Source: Octopus bimaculoides
Taxonomy: Eukaryota
Length of the DNA stretch: 54,859 nt
NCBI RefSeq assembly: GCF_001194135.2
Contig: NC_068987.1
Location: forward strand, 17,438,689-17,493,547
Reading direction: 5' to 3'
Shown: positions 24,875-39,840 of the stretch, one piece after another
Position numbering within the stretch: the stretch's first letter is position 1
How the letters are laid out: every line of letters begins with the position of its first letter
The notes under the pieces: generated by a model
What the model was told of the DNA's origin: nothing
Seen by the model: only the letters and a program-made list of their open reading frames with translations
Database searches by the model: none
Position numbers and translations under genes: made by a program

Positions 24875-25210
24875 TGTAGATATATATATATTCCTATTTA
24901 TAATCACTTAAGAGTTATTTTCATTGTATTAAATGCATTATGTTCCATTCTATTCTGATTTTAATAATATTTCACGCTCAATGGTTCTAACGTAGTTTCG
25001 TTTTTGGACCTGTTTCCGAAACTTGAACACAAAGATGTCTTGGCATTGTCGAGGGAATTTAATATAATTCTATTCAGAATCTCGAGAATTCGATCAAGTT
25101 ACGATTTATTACTCCAGTGATTAGTTTAAAAACATATATCTTAATAACAGAGTGTCAGTGACCCACTGTGTAGTGTATATATTCAAATACACATTGGCAT
25201 AAATATACAT

Positions 25211-25285
<75 letters not shown>

Positions 25286-25562
25286 NNNNNNNNNNNNNNN
25301 NNNNNNNNNNNNNNNNNNNNNNNNNNNNNNNNNNNNNNNNNNNNNNNNNNNNNNNNNNNNNNNNNNNNNNNNNNNNNNNNNNNNNNNNNNNNNNNNNNNN
25401 NNNNNNNNNNNNNNNNNNNNNNNNNNNNNNNNNNNNNNNNNNNNNNNNNNNNNNNNNNNNNNNNNNNNNNNNNNNNNNNNNNNNNNNNNNNNNNNNNNNN
25501 NNNNNNNNNNNNNNNNNNNNNNNNNNNNNNNNNNNNNNNNNNNNNNNNGCATAAATATACAT

Positions 25563-25609
<47 letters not shown>

Positions 25610-26473
25610 CAGCATGACATGTGCAAATTGTCACTATTGTGTATTTTGAATTTCGCACATATGTATTGTTTGTTTTTGATTTTGTCGACTACGCAGTATA
25701 GTAGTGTCGGTGGGGTACCGTCTGTGAGGAAAACAGTACCAAGACTCAATTCATTCTGCCAGAATTTTGGAAACGACACGCTGTACTGCTTGCCGTTCGG
25801 CCGGAAGCTCCAATACTAACATAATGTTTTGGGGTGTCAGTCTGAGGACAGTGCATGTACAGAGAGTGATAAAAATCAAACGTCCATGCAACATCATGGT
25901 GTCTGATCACTAGTGATAGCGACGTTAAGCCTTCATTCATCTTCCCACACGGCCTCAGACTCAACACAGAGCATACATCAAGTTCCTGGTGGAGGTAGTG
26001 CTGCCCTGGTTCAAGACGGTTGCTGCCGGAAGATTCTGTCTGGCAACAAAATTCTGCGCCATGCCGCAGAAGCAGGAGAACCCAGTCATGGCTGTCAGAC
26101 GATTTCTGAGACCACATCACCCCTAACATCTGGCCACTTAACTCCCCAGACTGCAACCCCCTTGATTATTATGTGTGTGGCGCAGCTGAACGGCAGACCA
26201 CCATATCTCCTTGCAACGAAAGGTGAACTGAAAGCAAAGATTATGGCAGCATTCACCAAATTAAACAAGAAGACCGTCCAGAAGAGTTGCAGGAAATTCC
26301 AAAGTCGTCTGCCGGCCGTGGTTGAAGCTAATGGCGATTTTATTGCATAAATTTACTCTTTAGTATTTCAAGATATTTTTATGTAATTTTGGTAAATATA
26401 TCTGTTAAAATGAGATGTCAGTGTTATTTTCATTTCTGCGTAATTTAGACGACAGTTTATTCACCGCAATCTG
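25610..26473 (+). mobile_element. Tc1/mariner DD37D (maT-type) element, internally deleted, TA-flanked
   Basis: WQQNSAPC...W.LNSPDCNPLDYYV has 37 residues between the second (D mutated to N) and third catalytic positions, and the C-terminus reads KFQSRLPAVVEANGDFIA*. Ends are ta|cag...ctg|ta. One stop and several frameshifts. Confidence 0.9.
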
Positions 26474-26540
26474 TATATATGTGTGGCTGTACATTCGTAT
26501 ATATAAAAAAATACATAAGTGTGCGTGTGTTTGTGTGTGT

Positions 26541-27000
26541 GTATTTAGTTTTACATGTTTACACTTTTATCGCCTTCAAAGTATTCACCATTTGAAGCAA
26601 TGCACACATTTTCCACTGTTTGAATCAGTGGTGGAATTCTTGTGAAATATGCCTCCGTCGCATTTTCTTCACCTCTCCCAACTCCGCAAATTCCGTAGAA
26701 CCAGCTTCAGTCACCATTGATGACCTTTGAAAAAAATGATCGGACCAATTTCCAACTGTTCTTTCACTTCAGGACACGCATTCAGTCGTAACTGCTTTTG
26801 ATCTTACATGAGCAAACGAGGTACAAGTTTTGCAGCAACACGTTTTATTCGCAATTCCTCGCTCAAAATTCGTTGGCAGGATTTCCTATGTACGTTGGTA
26901 TTATGTTAAACTGTCATATGTCAAAATTTGGTCAAATGCGTTTTTTTTTCGATGTCTAATTTTTATTGCAATAGCCGGTTCTTTGGGTCAAACTATCGTA
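26541..27000 (-). mobile_element. Mariner-type transposase remnant, internally deleted
   Basis: Minus strand SCQRILSEELRIKRVAAKLVPRLLM*DQKQ...SKVINGD*SW (first catalytic D), fused to C-terminal VCIASNGEYFEGDK. Confidence 0.85.
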
Positions 27001-27924
27001 TCTCCAGCTGCTTGAGTTGACAACGTATCAAGAATTGTCAAGGTGTGGTACAACGGTTTTGCTATGGAATGGTGAAAGTATATACATATTTTTTTTTTTC
27101 AAAAAAAGCAACCTTTTGGACTTACGACACTTTTGAGTAATTGCAACGATATACATATATGTGTGCGTGTGTGTGTGTATTTATGGTTATATGTATATGT
27201 ATATGTGTATATGGAAATATATAAACATACGTATATATCCCTGTGCGTGTGAGCGCACGCTTGTGTCTGTGTATGTGTTTATAAGCTCCCAACGCTTAAC
27301 GACCGTTATTAGTTTGTTGGCGTTGCCACAGTTTAACAGTTCATTAAAAATCCTGGTAGAATAAGTATCAAGCTTGAAATTATGATACGAATTAATGAAT
27401 TGTCTTTAAATTTGAAGTTTCACCACAACTTACTTTCAAGTTTTTCAGCAAATTTCCTTTCTCCAGGCTTATCACTATGCAGTTTTACCTTTCCCTGTCC
27501 AACCGAACTTCCTACTTCCGTTCGCCAATACTACTTCTTCTCCATATTTAAGCATTTTTCTACTCTGATGGCGGAAGCTCGATTTATCCAATGTTTATTT
27601 GGTTCCATTACTGGCTGAATATTTTGGTGAACTACATCTACGCCCCCAGAAACAATTGTTTGAAATATAACAACTTCCTCCATTTACTTTTCTCTGTCGT
27701 TTTCACTCTGTCTACGTATGCACTATCACTGTACAAGAATCTAGATATTTATTCTTAAATATTCATCGTCTGAAATTCTTCAGTCTCTACTTTCTTTCTC
27801 TTTGCATACATACAATTATATATCTTCTGCATATCAAATACAAGTTGTTATATCTAATTTGTATATATGCATATTTGCTTCTGTCTGTCTGTCTGTCCCT
27901 CTCCCTTTCTTTCTCTCTCTTCCA

Positions 27925-27925
<1 letters not shown>

Positions 27926-27963
<38 letters not shown>

Positions 27964-27967
27964 CACG

Positions 27968-28037
<70 letters not shown>
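27926..28037. repeat. (CA)n/(TA)n microsatellite
   Basis: Directly visible. Confidence 0.95.
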
Positions 28038-28884
28038 AAGTGATTACAGTAAAAGATTTATACACTTTGGATGCAACTATAAAATGTCTATCATAACACT
28101 ATCAAAGTATCAAATTTAGCATCAAATAAAGTAAATAGCAGTAAAGTATAAACAAAACGAAAATTCTTTTCTGACTTCAAGAAACCCAGAAAAAACAAAG
28201 CTGAGGCCACAAAGAGCAATAGCTTCGAAGAAAAAGGGGATATTACAAAAGTCTACGCTGTAACTGAAACTAGAGAATAGCATGATAAATGATGACAAGA
28301 AAAATTCCAACATAGCAAATATTGAATTAAGCTTAAAAGAATAGAGATAAAGAAAATAAAATCCAACAGTGACTTATAAGACTCAGATCAGTGACTGATG
28401 CTTTCTTAATTGTCACACTAAATCAACTCCTCCTCATCACGTGCAAGTTGGATGAATCATATGGGGAAATGCCATAATGACGATTAATGAGTAAATATAT
28501 GTACAATAAAGGAGCAACGTTTTTTCTGAGCTTTCAAAAAACCATATAATGTACATACAACTATTAATGGAATTTATTTGAATAATATATACGTAATAAT
28601 TTATGTAAAGATTTTATGACTGTTCTATAGCAGAGGTCAGTGTAACGTTATTTTTAGAAGAGCCTAGAGATATCCCAATACTAAAGAGAATAATATCCTA
28701 TCTTCAAGTTCTCATATTATTGTTGATAGCATAACTTTAGAGCATTTAAAAGAGGTAATGTAGATTGCCAGGTCATGAAAACCCCCATGTTATAAACCAA
28801 ATGGGTTAACGACGAAACATGACAGTGACCGACCCAAGATTTTTTAAGGTCTTTACAATATTGTCTACAACTACAAATTAGAAG

Positions 28885-28928
<44 letters not shown>

Positions 28929-28938
28929 NNNNNNNNNN

Positions 28939-28993
<55 letters not shown>

Positions 28994-29284
28994 GTAATTT
29001 CGAAACTTAATATTCTAGCTATTTAAATGTAACAATATACTCAGAAATAAATCAGTTTCTGTTTTCAAAATTATGACTTATAGTTTCTATTGATACGCTT
29101 CGAACCATGCATAGTTGACTGTGTATTTTAAGATTAACAGCTTAATATGAACTCGAATACGGTAGACATTTCCTACAAAACACAGGCAGGATAATTTAAA
29201 TCACTTTAAGGAATGCATAATATATTATACAGAAGTCTCAGTTAAAAAAATGTTCGCCGGGCATTCTGAAACAAAACTTATTAT

Positions 29285-29842
29285 GAATGTCACAAGACTA
29301 CATTTGTCAATAAGAAAAACTAGACGCAAGAAGCTAACAAAAATTAAAGTAGGAATAGTCAGTGAAAATCATACAAGATGCAAGAAATACCAGTGTTCAG
29401 AAGTGAACCTACATTAGCAAAGTGAATCAACCTAGCAGTAGTTATACAATAGTGTCCATACAGCTAGGAAAACAAAGATACACAATTACCCAATTTGATA
29501 TCATTGACTACTACCGAATTTTCACTAACCAGCTATTATTAAAGACACTAGATCTCGCAAACCTCCAAACAACTTTCAGATAAATTGATAAACAAATTCT
29601 ACTACATGCAAGGAAATCGATACAATTCTTAAATAATAGCGCACGGATGAGAAAAAAAGACAGAAAAGAAATGTAGAACAAGTCTCTTTGCCGTAAGCAT
29701 GGCAGTAATCTCTTAAAACGAAAGAGATTCTAAAAGAATATACAAACACGTACGCACACGCGCACACATGCACACAGGCACATATACATATGTACGTATG
29801 TATGTGTGGGTATGTGTGCGTTTATGCACGCACATATATATT

Positions 29843-29912
<70 letters not shown>

Positions 29913-30560
29913 TTACACACATATAATGTGTATGTAGCATCTATGTATGTTTGCAAGTATGTATGTATGTATGTATGTATGCATGTATGTATGCATTTAA
30001 GTATGTATGTAAGAATGTATATGCTTTGCAGGCATCTACCTGTTTCAAAGAGGCAATTAAATACCAGAGATTTTAAAGACATAACAAGTAGAAACGCAAG
30101 CATCTCAGAGTTTCAAAGAGACGATTAAATATCAGAGACAAACGAACTTCGAATAGAGGAAGCGCAAAACAAGGCCAAACATTCCATAAATATCAGCAGA
30201 GCCATGCAATACATTTCTCAATTTTCTAAGAACTTACTTTCTTCGGTTATGTATATGGGGAAACTTTTAACACCATCTCGCTGCAAAATAAGGTATTCAG
30301 CGTTAAAACCTTTGAAAGCATTCTACCATCGATAAGTAATAATGTAGCAACGAACTGTGTAACTCAACAGAACATACCAAACAGCAGAACAGAGGAATCG
30401 AATTGACCACTCACAAAGCAAACGCCCAGTCAAACAATTGCAGATATCTTTCTCACTTGGAAAATTTATATCTGCAGACATATAAGCAGAATGAAGATGG
30501 CATTGATTATATTGAAGTAACTGCTGATCACTTTAAGTACATACCCTCAGACCTAGATGT
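29285..30560 (+). mobile_element. Possible very old LINE remnant split by a microsatellite
   Basis: NVTRL...KIKVGIVSE (~29288-29370) loosely resembles the APE endonuclease start, and IEVTADHFKYIPS (~30510-30550) loosely resembles the RT FKYLGS motif. Weak similarity only. Confidence 0.25.
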
Positions 30561-31789
30561 ATACATCTAGATTATTGCCAAAAAAATATCACTCAGCACA
30601 AAATAGTTGATAAACGCTGACTCGTATAGATAGGAATGCCTCATACATAAGCTAATGCTTCCTGTTCAATTTTCTCCCGAGAAATTAGCTGCGTGCTTTG
30701 ATTTTCCTTTTATATGTAGACAAATTATGCAGGGCAATATCATTCCCTCAACATTTACTATTGAAATTATTTGTCTACTTATGAAAAACTGATTGGGAAG
30801 ATTATAAATCGATGATGGAACGTATTACAAACCAGACATGTCATTAAGTGTCACCTTTGATGCTAACGATGGTCATATATCTCTTAAGTATATCTGGAGA
30901 ACTATGTATACAATTTCATGGGATATCTATCAATTCTTTATTTCTTTGTTCTGAGAGTCGTTAAGCATTTATTCAGTGATTTGGGGATTATACATACATA
31001 CATCGTGTATGTGTGTGTCTATTTGTCTGTCTGTCTATCTATGTATACATATATATTTAGGTATAAATTCGTACACACATTCACATATGTAAACACACGT
31101 GTGCACATACGTATTTACACAACATACATTGACACACATATACACACATACACACATATACATTTGTGTATGTGTCAAGTTGTAGACGATAATGCTATAT
31201 CTGTTTAAGAGGTATTTTTGCAAAAGCTTTCATCCTTTCGAAGAGTTCATTGGCTTTCTATTTATTTTTGGAACTTATTAATTTTCTCATCGCCAATTGT
31301 ACACTATTCTTCCGATATTGAAAACAGCAAAACTTTTCTTTTTTAGCTTCTATAAGAATACAAACACACACGCACACACATACACAAACACTCACACGCA
31401 CACACACATGTATATATGAGAATTGTATATTCACTGGCTGTTCAATAGATATTGGAAAAAAAGTTACTAGTTAGAAAGATAATTCAATTAAAATAATTAT
31501 GTAAGTATAGAATTTTGAAAAACAATAACATATTTGCTACAAATCTATATGAAAGACTAAACGTTATATTTTCTACATTTCTTTGTCCACTTGCCTAGTT
31601 TTTTTTTTAATGAACTCAGTGACCGTGTTACTTGCAAGTCATTAATCACTAATGGAACAACATCAACAGAGGAACAGAATATCGTCAAAAACCTATACGA
31701 AAACTAGCAACCTAAAACCTCGAAGGTAGTATCATCATTCTTGTCGTAACTACGGAGTAAAATCATTGAGTAACCGTTTAGTTTAACGT

Positions 31790-32230
31790 AAAATTGTTTT
31801 TAAAGCAGCCTTCCAAAGTTTTCCTGATAGCATTTTGTGACTGCCTCAGGAATTTGGAATAGTACTTTCCATTGATGGTGTGACAATTTTCAAGATTATC
31901 GTCAATAAGCAGAATCCATTTTGCATCCAAAACCTCCCTGTTGATGAAGGTTTAGGTTTATCTTAGAACTTGGAGATCAGAAGGTCAAGTTGTTCTTGAA
32001 ATATTTAAACCTACCTCAAGCAAATCCCTCAGATGACTTCGTAAAGTATTGCGTAGCTGTGGGCACTTGAATCCCAAGGTATTGCAGTACATTGTTCCCA
32101 CTCTAGACCGGATAGATAGGTCCTTTGAAACAGCGCAACGATCTTCATTTCGTTACCAAGTTTTGGTACAAACTCGTTTAGCATGTTCCAGACGTAAATG
32201 ACTGCATATCACTCCTGTCGCCGCTCAATG
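31790..32230 (-). mobile_element. Decayed mariner-type transposase remnant
   Basis: Minus strand gives fragments resembling WDAKGILLID (~31900-31930) and HTINGKYYSKFLRQ (~31845-31890; cf. QTINGEYYANLLRQ). Confidence 0.6.
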
Positions 32231-32641
32231 TTTTGTGATTTAATTTTGAATTTACAAATATATATTTTCTGTTTACAAATTATTATTTATTTCTAAAATG
32301 TTCATAAGCATCGGGAAATTTGATAAAGAAAAAGTTATTGTATGCATCACAAATATCGTTATATTACCTAAGGTGACAAAGCTATGCTATTAATGTTAAT
32401 CATAATATGACGTCCTATGATTTTCTGTTTTCTATCTATCTATCTATCTATATATCTATCTATCTATCTATCTATATATATATATANNNNNNNNNNNNNN
32501 NNNNNNNNNNNNNNNNNNNNNNNNNNNNNNNNNNNNNNNNNNNNNNNNNNNNNNNNNNNNNNNNNNNNNNNNNNNNNNNNNNNNNNNNNNNNNNNNNNNN
32601 NNNNNNNNNNNNNNNNNNNNNNNNNNNNNNNNNNNNNNNNN

Positions 32642-32709
<68 letters not shown>

Positions 32710-35387
32710 ATACTATAATATAACTTCTCAGCTTCGTAAATATTTACAAAGTGACCTGCATTTTCCATTATATTATATTAGCATATCTTGGAAAATATTC
32801 AATGGAAATTAGCTATGACAGTACGCCAAATCTGGTTCTATCGATCTCAAAGAGAAGAAATTCATTCGAATTTCTTAAGCAAATTCCATAGATAGCATAT
32901 TCATACGGCATAGAATCGGAGCTAAAAAAACAAATATATATATATATATATGTATGTATATCGATCAGCCGCAGAGATCGGACGCATTTTCGTCTTTCTC
33001 CTGTCAGATCTTGTTACACCAGCGTTCGTCACTTCACTTCGTTTAGGATTAGCAGCACTTCCTGTTTGTTTTCACTGCCTTGTTTTTGTTACCAACTTTG
33101 ACCCTCCGCAATATCCCAAATTTTATCTAGTTTGCTTTGCGGGAGCAACCGCTTTGTCGAAGGCGTATAGTGTCATGAGTTGCTCGAAACGAGGAGTAAA
33201 AAAACAGTCGACAACTGATGAAGGGCCGTTCTATGTTGCGGGTCTTGTTTTTCATTTGTTTCTTTCGTTCTTCACAAAAAGACTTCGTATTCTATGGCTT
33301 CGTATTTCCTGTTGTTTACGTCCTTTGACGTCCTGTGCCCATATACGAATATGTATATATATATATATATATATATAGGGGCGTGTGCCAGTGTCGGTGT
33401 GTATATTGGTGAGTGTCGGTGCATTTATTTATGTATAGATAGATCAATACCGAAGTGTCAACATACATCGAAATTTATTAATTTATTAAAATTACCTCCA
33501 CTTCTAGAGAGTGTACCACACTTTTCAAATGATTTGCTTTAGTTGAGAAGGGGAGATAATCACAAGATTGATGATATGCCATTAAAAACAAGTTTATTGC
33601 CTGGGGTTAAAAGAACAGTCGTGGACATGTGTTTGGGGCGTACATGTATGCATGTATCTTAAATGTGTATATGTATATACGTCAAAAGAAAAGTGTGTGA
33701 GAGTGTGTATCTGTGTAACTGTGCGTGTTTGCGTGTGGGGGCGGGGGTTGTGTGTGTGTGTGTGTGTATGTGTAGATCGTCAATGCTTTGAGACATCAGT
33801 GCTGATGTATCGTGGGTTACAATGTAAACTGTTTTTTTCCTACATAAATACGTATACATGTGGTAATATAATATGCACGGTTGGTTTTGTCTTCTGTAAC
33901 ACATACTTTTTGGTGGGTTTGTATGCAATATAAGTAGAATCAAAATGTATCCCTTGATCGAACGATCACAGAAAGCAGGTTACTTCCAAACCACGTCTTT
34001 AAAAAGAAAGAAGCAATTATGTAAGGCATTCCAAGATAACCTGTGTGAATAAAGGAGAAAGTTCTCTCTACCTTTCAATATATGCGTGCTTGTTTCGGAG
34101 CCAATCTGGCGCTACATCCCAAGAAACTATACGATTATCACTCATAATATATTGGTTTAGATTGTTCTGTATAACTACAAAATAACTATTATTCAGAGGT
34201 AAAAAAGATGATGTTGACCAATGTTATCTCCACTATACAGAAAACGATACGGAAATGAAATGAAAAGCATTATAATCTTAATTTATGGTGTAGTAGCTAT
34301 TCTCTCTGCAATCGCTAACCGAGCGAAGGACCTACTGACCTTGCTTACAAATCAAAATGAAATATTTTTATGTTCGACTTAATGGAAAATAACACTAACA
34401 GATGAATAATCAATCTACCTCTTAATTTCACTATAGAATTTGTGATGTTATTCGTGAGTATTTTATTTCACGAAGCAAACTGTAACCATATCATTTCTGC
34501 ATATATAAATGCATGTATATGCATATGTGTATATGCATATATATATATATATATATATATANNNNNNNNNNNNNNNNNNNNNNNNNNNNNNNNNNNNNNN
34601 NNNNNNNNNNNNNNNNNNNNNNNNNNNNNNNNNNNNNNNNNNNNNNNNNNNNNNNNNNNNNNNNNNNNNNNNNNNNNNNNNNNNNNNNNNNNNNNNNNNN
34701 NNNNNNNNNNNNNNNNNNNNNNNNNNNNNNNNNNNNNNNNNNNNNNNNNNNNNNNNNNNNNNNNNNNNNNNNNNNNNNNNNNNNNNNNNNNNNNNNNNNN
34801 NNNNNNNNNNNNNNNNNNNNNNNNNNNNNNNNNNNNNNNNNNNNNNNNNNNNNNNNNNNNNNNNNNNNNNNNNNNNNNNNNNNNNNNNNNNNNNNNNNNN
34901 NNNNNNNNNNNNNNNNNNNNNNNNNNNNNNNNNNNNNNNNNNNNNNNNNNNNNNNNNNNNNNNNNNNNNNNNNNNNNNNNNNNNNNNNNNNNNNNNNNNN
35001 NNNNNNNNNNNNNNNNNNNNNNNNNNNNNNNNNNNNNNNNNNNNNNNNNNNNNNNNNNNNNNNNNNNNNNNNNNNNNNNNNNNNNNNNNNNNNNNNNNNN
35101 NNNNNNNNNNNNNNNNNNNNNNNNNNNNNNNNNNNNNNNNNNNNNNNNNNNNNNNNNNNNNNNNNNNNNNNNNNNNNNNNNNNNNNNNNNNNNNNNNNNN
35201 NNNNNNNNNNNNNNNNNNNNNNNNNNNNNNNNNNNNNNNNNNNNNNNNNNNNNNNNNNNNNNNNNNNNNNNNNNNNNNNNNNNNNNNNNNNNNNNNNNNN
35301 NNNNNNNNNNNNNNNNNNNNNNNNNNNNNNNNNNNNNNNNNNNNNNNNNNNNNNNNNNNNNNNNNNNNNNNNNNNNNNNNNNNNNNN

Positions 35388-35550
<163 letters not shown>

Positions 35551-36147
35551 TTTTTTAATGCCATTTTCTGTGTTTATTGATATACCAACGTCACAAACAA
35601 GACAATTTCAGCGGAAATTAATGATCGCAAAATTACGAACTTCAAGATTCAGATAAGGACTTGTTTTATGATGTTTATGAAGAAAATTTTATAAATATTT
35701 ACCGACGTATATTTCAACAGACGTGATAAAAATGTACACACTCAGTGACACACGAACACACGAACACGTTTGATTTTCTTTCTATTTTTTGTGTACGTGT
35801 ATATTCGTGTGTGTGCAGATGTTAAAATAGGGTTATTTCAAAGCTAAGTAAAGAACGACAACATAACATTTACTGAGTGAAACACTCAATACTGGACGTG
35901 CAGTGAATTTCTTTAAAATCCCTTCTGACTGTAATGTTAAGTTCCATTCTATAGATTATCCAAGAGGGCCACTTGGATCATCGACATGTAAGTCTTAATA
36001 CTCAAGTCAGAACAGATTTTATGGTATGCATCTAGACGAGTATATACTCATGTAAGTATATATATATGCATACTCACATGCATACACACAAGCACACACG
36101 CACACACACAAACACGCTAATACACAGGCACATATATACCTTGCCAT

Positions 36148-36369
36148 CTGGCAGAAGCGTTAGGACGCCGGGCGAAGTGCTTAGCCGTATTTCCTCTGCC
36201 GTTACGTTCTGAATTCAAATTCCTCTGAGGTCGACTTTGCCTTTCATCCTTTTGGGCTCGATTAAATATATACCAGTTACGCACTGGAGTCGCTATAATC
36301 GACTTAATCCGTTTGTCTGTCCTTGTTTGTCCCCTCTGTGTGTAGCCCCTTGTGGGTAGTAAAGAAATA
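36148..36369 (+). mobile_element. SINE family B (tail type ...aatccgtttgtctgtccttg...cccttgtgggtagtaaagaaata)
   Basis: Head ctggcagaagcgttaggacgccgggcgaagtgcttagc; core gaggtcgactttgcctttcatcc; distinct tail. Confidence 0.85.
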
Positions 36370-36773
36370 ACACATATATACCTTGCTAGATAGATAGACA
36401 CATCCATACATATACTTTCATAATACTTATGCATTAACTCATGTATATTTACATACGTGTTTGCGTTTCCCTTTGCTAGCCTGTCTTTGTGTGCAGATGT
36501 GTATAAGCCTATGGCCAAAAAGTACACTCACCCAATGAGAAATACGTCATAGTCTCAGGCTTATATTTGACAAAGATTTGATGTATGAACGAATACGCAA
36601 CAGTCTAATTCCAACAGGAACTAATTGTAAGCCATAAATATTTTGAGTTGAGACTGCCAATTTTAATATATTTCTTGAATACAGTTACAAACTCTTTTTC
36701 GTTGAAGTGAACGCTTCATTACGTTTAAATTGCTGTTTCGTTAGTAATAAAATCCTAAATATCTAAATATTTA

Positions 36774-37160
36774 GGCACAGGCGTGGCTGTGTGGTAAGAA
36801 GCTTGTTTGCCAACCACATCGTTCCGGGTTCAGTCCCACTGCGTGACACCTTGAGCAAGTATCTCCTACTGTAGCCTCGGGCCGACCAAAGCCTTGTGAG
36901 GGAATTTAGTAGACGGAAACTGAAAGAAGCACATATATGTATGTATTTGTCTGTGTGTGTGTGTCTGTGTTTATCCCTCGACTATCACTTGACAACCGAT
37001 GTGGTGTTTACGCCCCCGTAACCTAGTGGTTCGGCAAAAGAGTCCCATAGAATAAGTACCAGGCTTACAAAGAATAATTCCTGGGGTTGATTTGTTCGAT
37101 TAAAGGTTGTGTTCCGGCATGGCCGCAGTCAAATGACTGACACAAATAAAAGAAAAGAAT
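36774..37160 (+). mobile_element. tRNA-derived SINE, family A, full length
   Basis: Head ggcacaggcgtggctgtgtggtaag, box-B-like gggttcagtccc, body homologous to the 3646 copy, tail aaatgactgacacaaataaaagaaaagaat. Confidence 0.9.
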
Positions 37161-37551
37161 CTTAGTTTGCTACAAGACAGAAAGTTTGTGTCGACACTAT
37201 TTATCACTAAGTGACTGTATTGGACGCCACATCAGTATACTTAACTGACTCTAGTGGAACACATTATATCACAACACTCGAACGAGTTTCTGTTCTGAAT
37301 GTAACTAAACATTAATGGATTATTTATCCTTTACAAACATAAGTCTCTATGATCAAACCACAAAAATTACCCTTTGTGATGTGTTACGGCTTCCGCTTAA
37401 ATGAGTAAGAATTGTATAAATAAGATTGCAGACGATATTTTTTCAAATGACTGTAATGAAACACAAATATAAAAAAAATAATATCAAAAATAAATCCTTC
37501 TGGAGATAATATTTTATAAATTAGTTTTTGATATTCCTTCTTCCTTTTCAG

Positions 37552-37661
37552 TCTAAAGCCTTGTTGACACTAGTATGAGGTACAAATGAGGTAGAATTAG
37601 GATGGCAACGAACCAACAAGGAGACTGTGTGTAAGATTGAGAAAGCAAGCGACTACAAGTC
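37552..37661 (+). other. Candidate spliced exon (non-coding, or UTR plus start codon)
   Basis: Acceptor tccttcttccttttcag ends at 37551, with donor GTAAGT at 37662 and an alternative GTAAGA at 37631. All three frames contain a stop. No transcript evidence. Confidence 0.25.
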
Positions 37662-39790
37662 GTAAGTATCGTTTGACCGAAGAAACATTGCTGGTATAAT
37701 ACATCAGTAAATTTTTTCCAATGCTTAATGAAACAATAGTATTGAAAAAGGAAACTATAACTGGTAAAGTTTATATAGAAATTGAAACTGATTTAAAGGT
37801 TCAACGTAATGTTTGACATTCTCTTTGTATTCAATGTTTTTAATTACAATTGATAATTAACAAAATCAAGCTCTTGACGAAGTGGGAACGTATCAGAGCG
37901 AGAGTCAGTTGTGGTAATCGACAATTCTACACAGTTCTAGTTTTAAAATATCAACAACCTGTAACTGTAACTCATATAGAGAAGGAACATCCTTATAAGG
38001 TTTCCATGTTTCTCAAAACAGTTAATCATAAAACTTGAGGGTTAGAATGAATCTTTAGGTATATGTTCCTTTATTTACATGAAATATTAAACATTAACAT
38101 CAGAAGTAATCGCTACAAAAAGTTATTATGCAAGTATCAATCAAAAATAATAATAATAAACTGGGAATGCAATACTTATCCTAGTAAAAGAAATGCAATA
38201 ACGTCTAGGAAGTGATAGCCCGTATATAACTAAATTATTTTAATTTTTACTCATTTATGGAAACTTATACTGGAATAGACAATTTCGAATAAACTTACTG
38301 TAATAGCTTTACGTAATTAGGAATTTGCAGTTTTGCAAAAATTTCAGTAAGTTGTTGGTCATAGCCCTTAATGAGAAATAAGTAGATAATTCAGGTAAAT
38401 ATGTAATGAAAGTATTTACTTTTTCGAAATTATGTCAAGATAGAATGCTTCATGTACTTTCAATATTTCAAAGTTTTAACTGTCACAGAGAAAACAAATT
38501 TCGAGTGGAAATTTGTAAATATTTTTCGCATCTAACTTTATCAGTGTATGATGAATTAGTTGTAATTGATTCTTTAATAAAATAATATTGCAATTATTAT
38601 TAACATAGATACATAGCTAAGAATCATATGGAAAATATGAAGCGTTTGAGAAATGTGTACTTTATGTTAATAATATTTATTACTTTCAAAATTGGATTAG
38701 TTTTATTATTTTCTATAAAGATAATGAAGTTTTATAATTATTGCACCTGTGTAACATTACTTAATATTACGTAGAAAAAGCAATTATATAACTGCATTAA
38801 AATATCGACATATGATGGGTTGGTCTATTAATAATTCTAATTGTTAGTGCAAGGTAAAGACATTATACGTTCTCAAAATAAAGTTTAATATTATACAGTT
38901 GATGGTTAAATATTACGGTTGTTAATTATAGCATATATATCGCAAATGTACGAGTGAGAAATTAGTTTTCTATAATTGTATTGTGTTTAATTAGTTATCG
39001 TTTTATAATTTAGTATTCATTTCAATATTGTACATAATAAGCATTATAAAATATCAATATAGCTTTATTGCAAATATAAAATGAGAAATTTTTTTCTTTA
39101 ATTTTACGTTAACTTTATTAAAAATAACATTCATTATTTTGCATCAAGATATCAAATATTGAGGAAAATTAAATACCGTACCTAGAAAAGAATTTTAATA
39201 TTTATCGAAGAAAAATTGATTTCCCAGTCATAAACTTACATGACTAGTATTTTATCAACGATACACGTCGTTGATAGCTGGACATGCAAAATCCTTACAT
39301 TTATTGTAAGTTGATAGTCGAATAATGTTATTGTTATTGACACCATAAATATGTAGAATTTATTTCGTATCTCATGTTAACTTAATAAATATTTGTATTT
39401 TGAAAATAAAAAATTGTATTCATTTCAAAATTTATATAAACGTAAAAAAGGGGATAATATATAAAATTACAATTATTATACAACGTAAGATGAACTAATA
39501 TTAATACAGTGGATCGAATGCATTTTAGTGATTACATGTTATATGAATCTAGTACATACACATCTGCAGTGACACATGCAGAAAACACTCACGCGATATG
39601 TCTGTATATCCATGGTAGATCGCTGACCATACACACATTTTTTTTCTCTCCTTGCTTCTTTCTGTGTTCCTGTCTGTGGAAGAGCGTAGGCTCGAAACGT
39701 AAAATACTTTTTCAATTCCCGAGCGTTATACTCATACATCTATTTGTTTTCTACACCACCTGTCTTTGTCTGTTGTTTTTTGTGAATTCT

Positions 39791-39840
<50 letters not shown>

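Noticed and set aside
25913-26350. 145-aa ORF as a host gene
   Set aside because: It is mostly an off-frame reading of the maT transposase remnant; only the C-terminus is in the transposase frame.
33181-33230. GCUC-GAAAC...GUA...CUGAUGA-A-GGGC arranged like a type II hammerhead
   Set aside because: Helix II (GGGC/GCUC) and a 2-bp helix III are possible, but helix I cannot form because the A-run does not pair. Worth revisiting only if a family consensus restores it.
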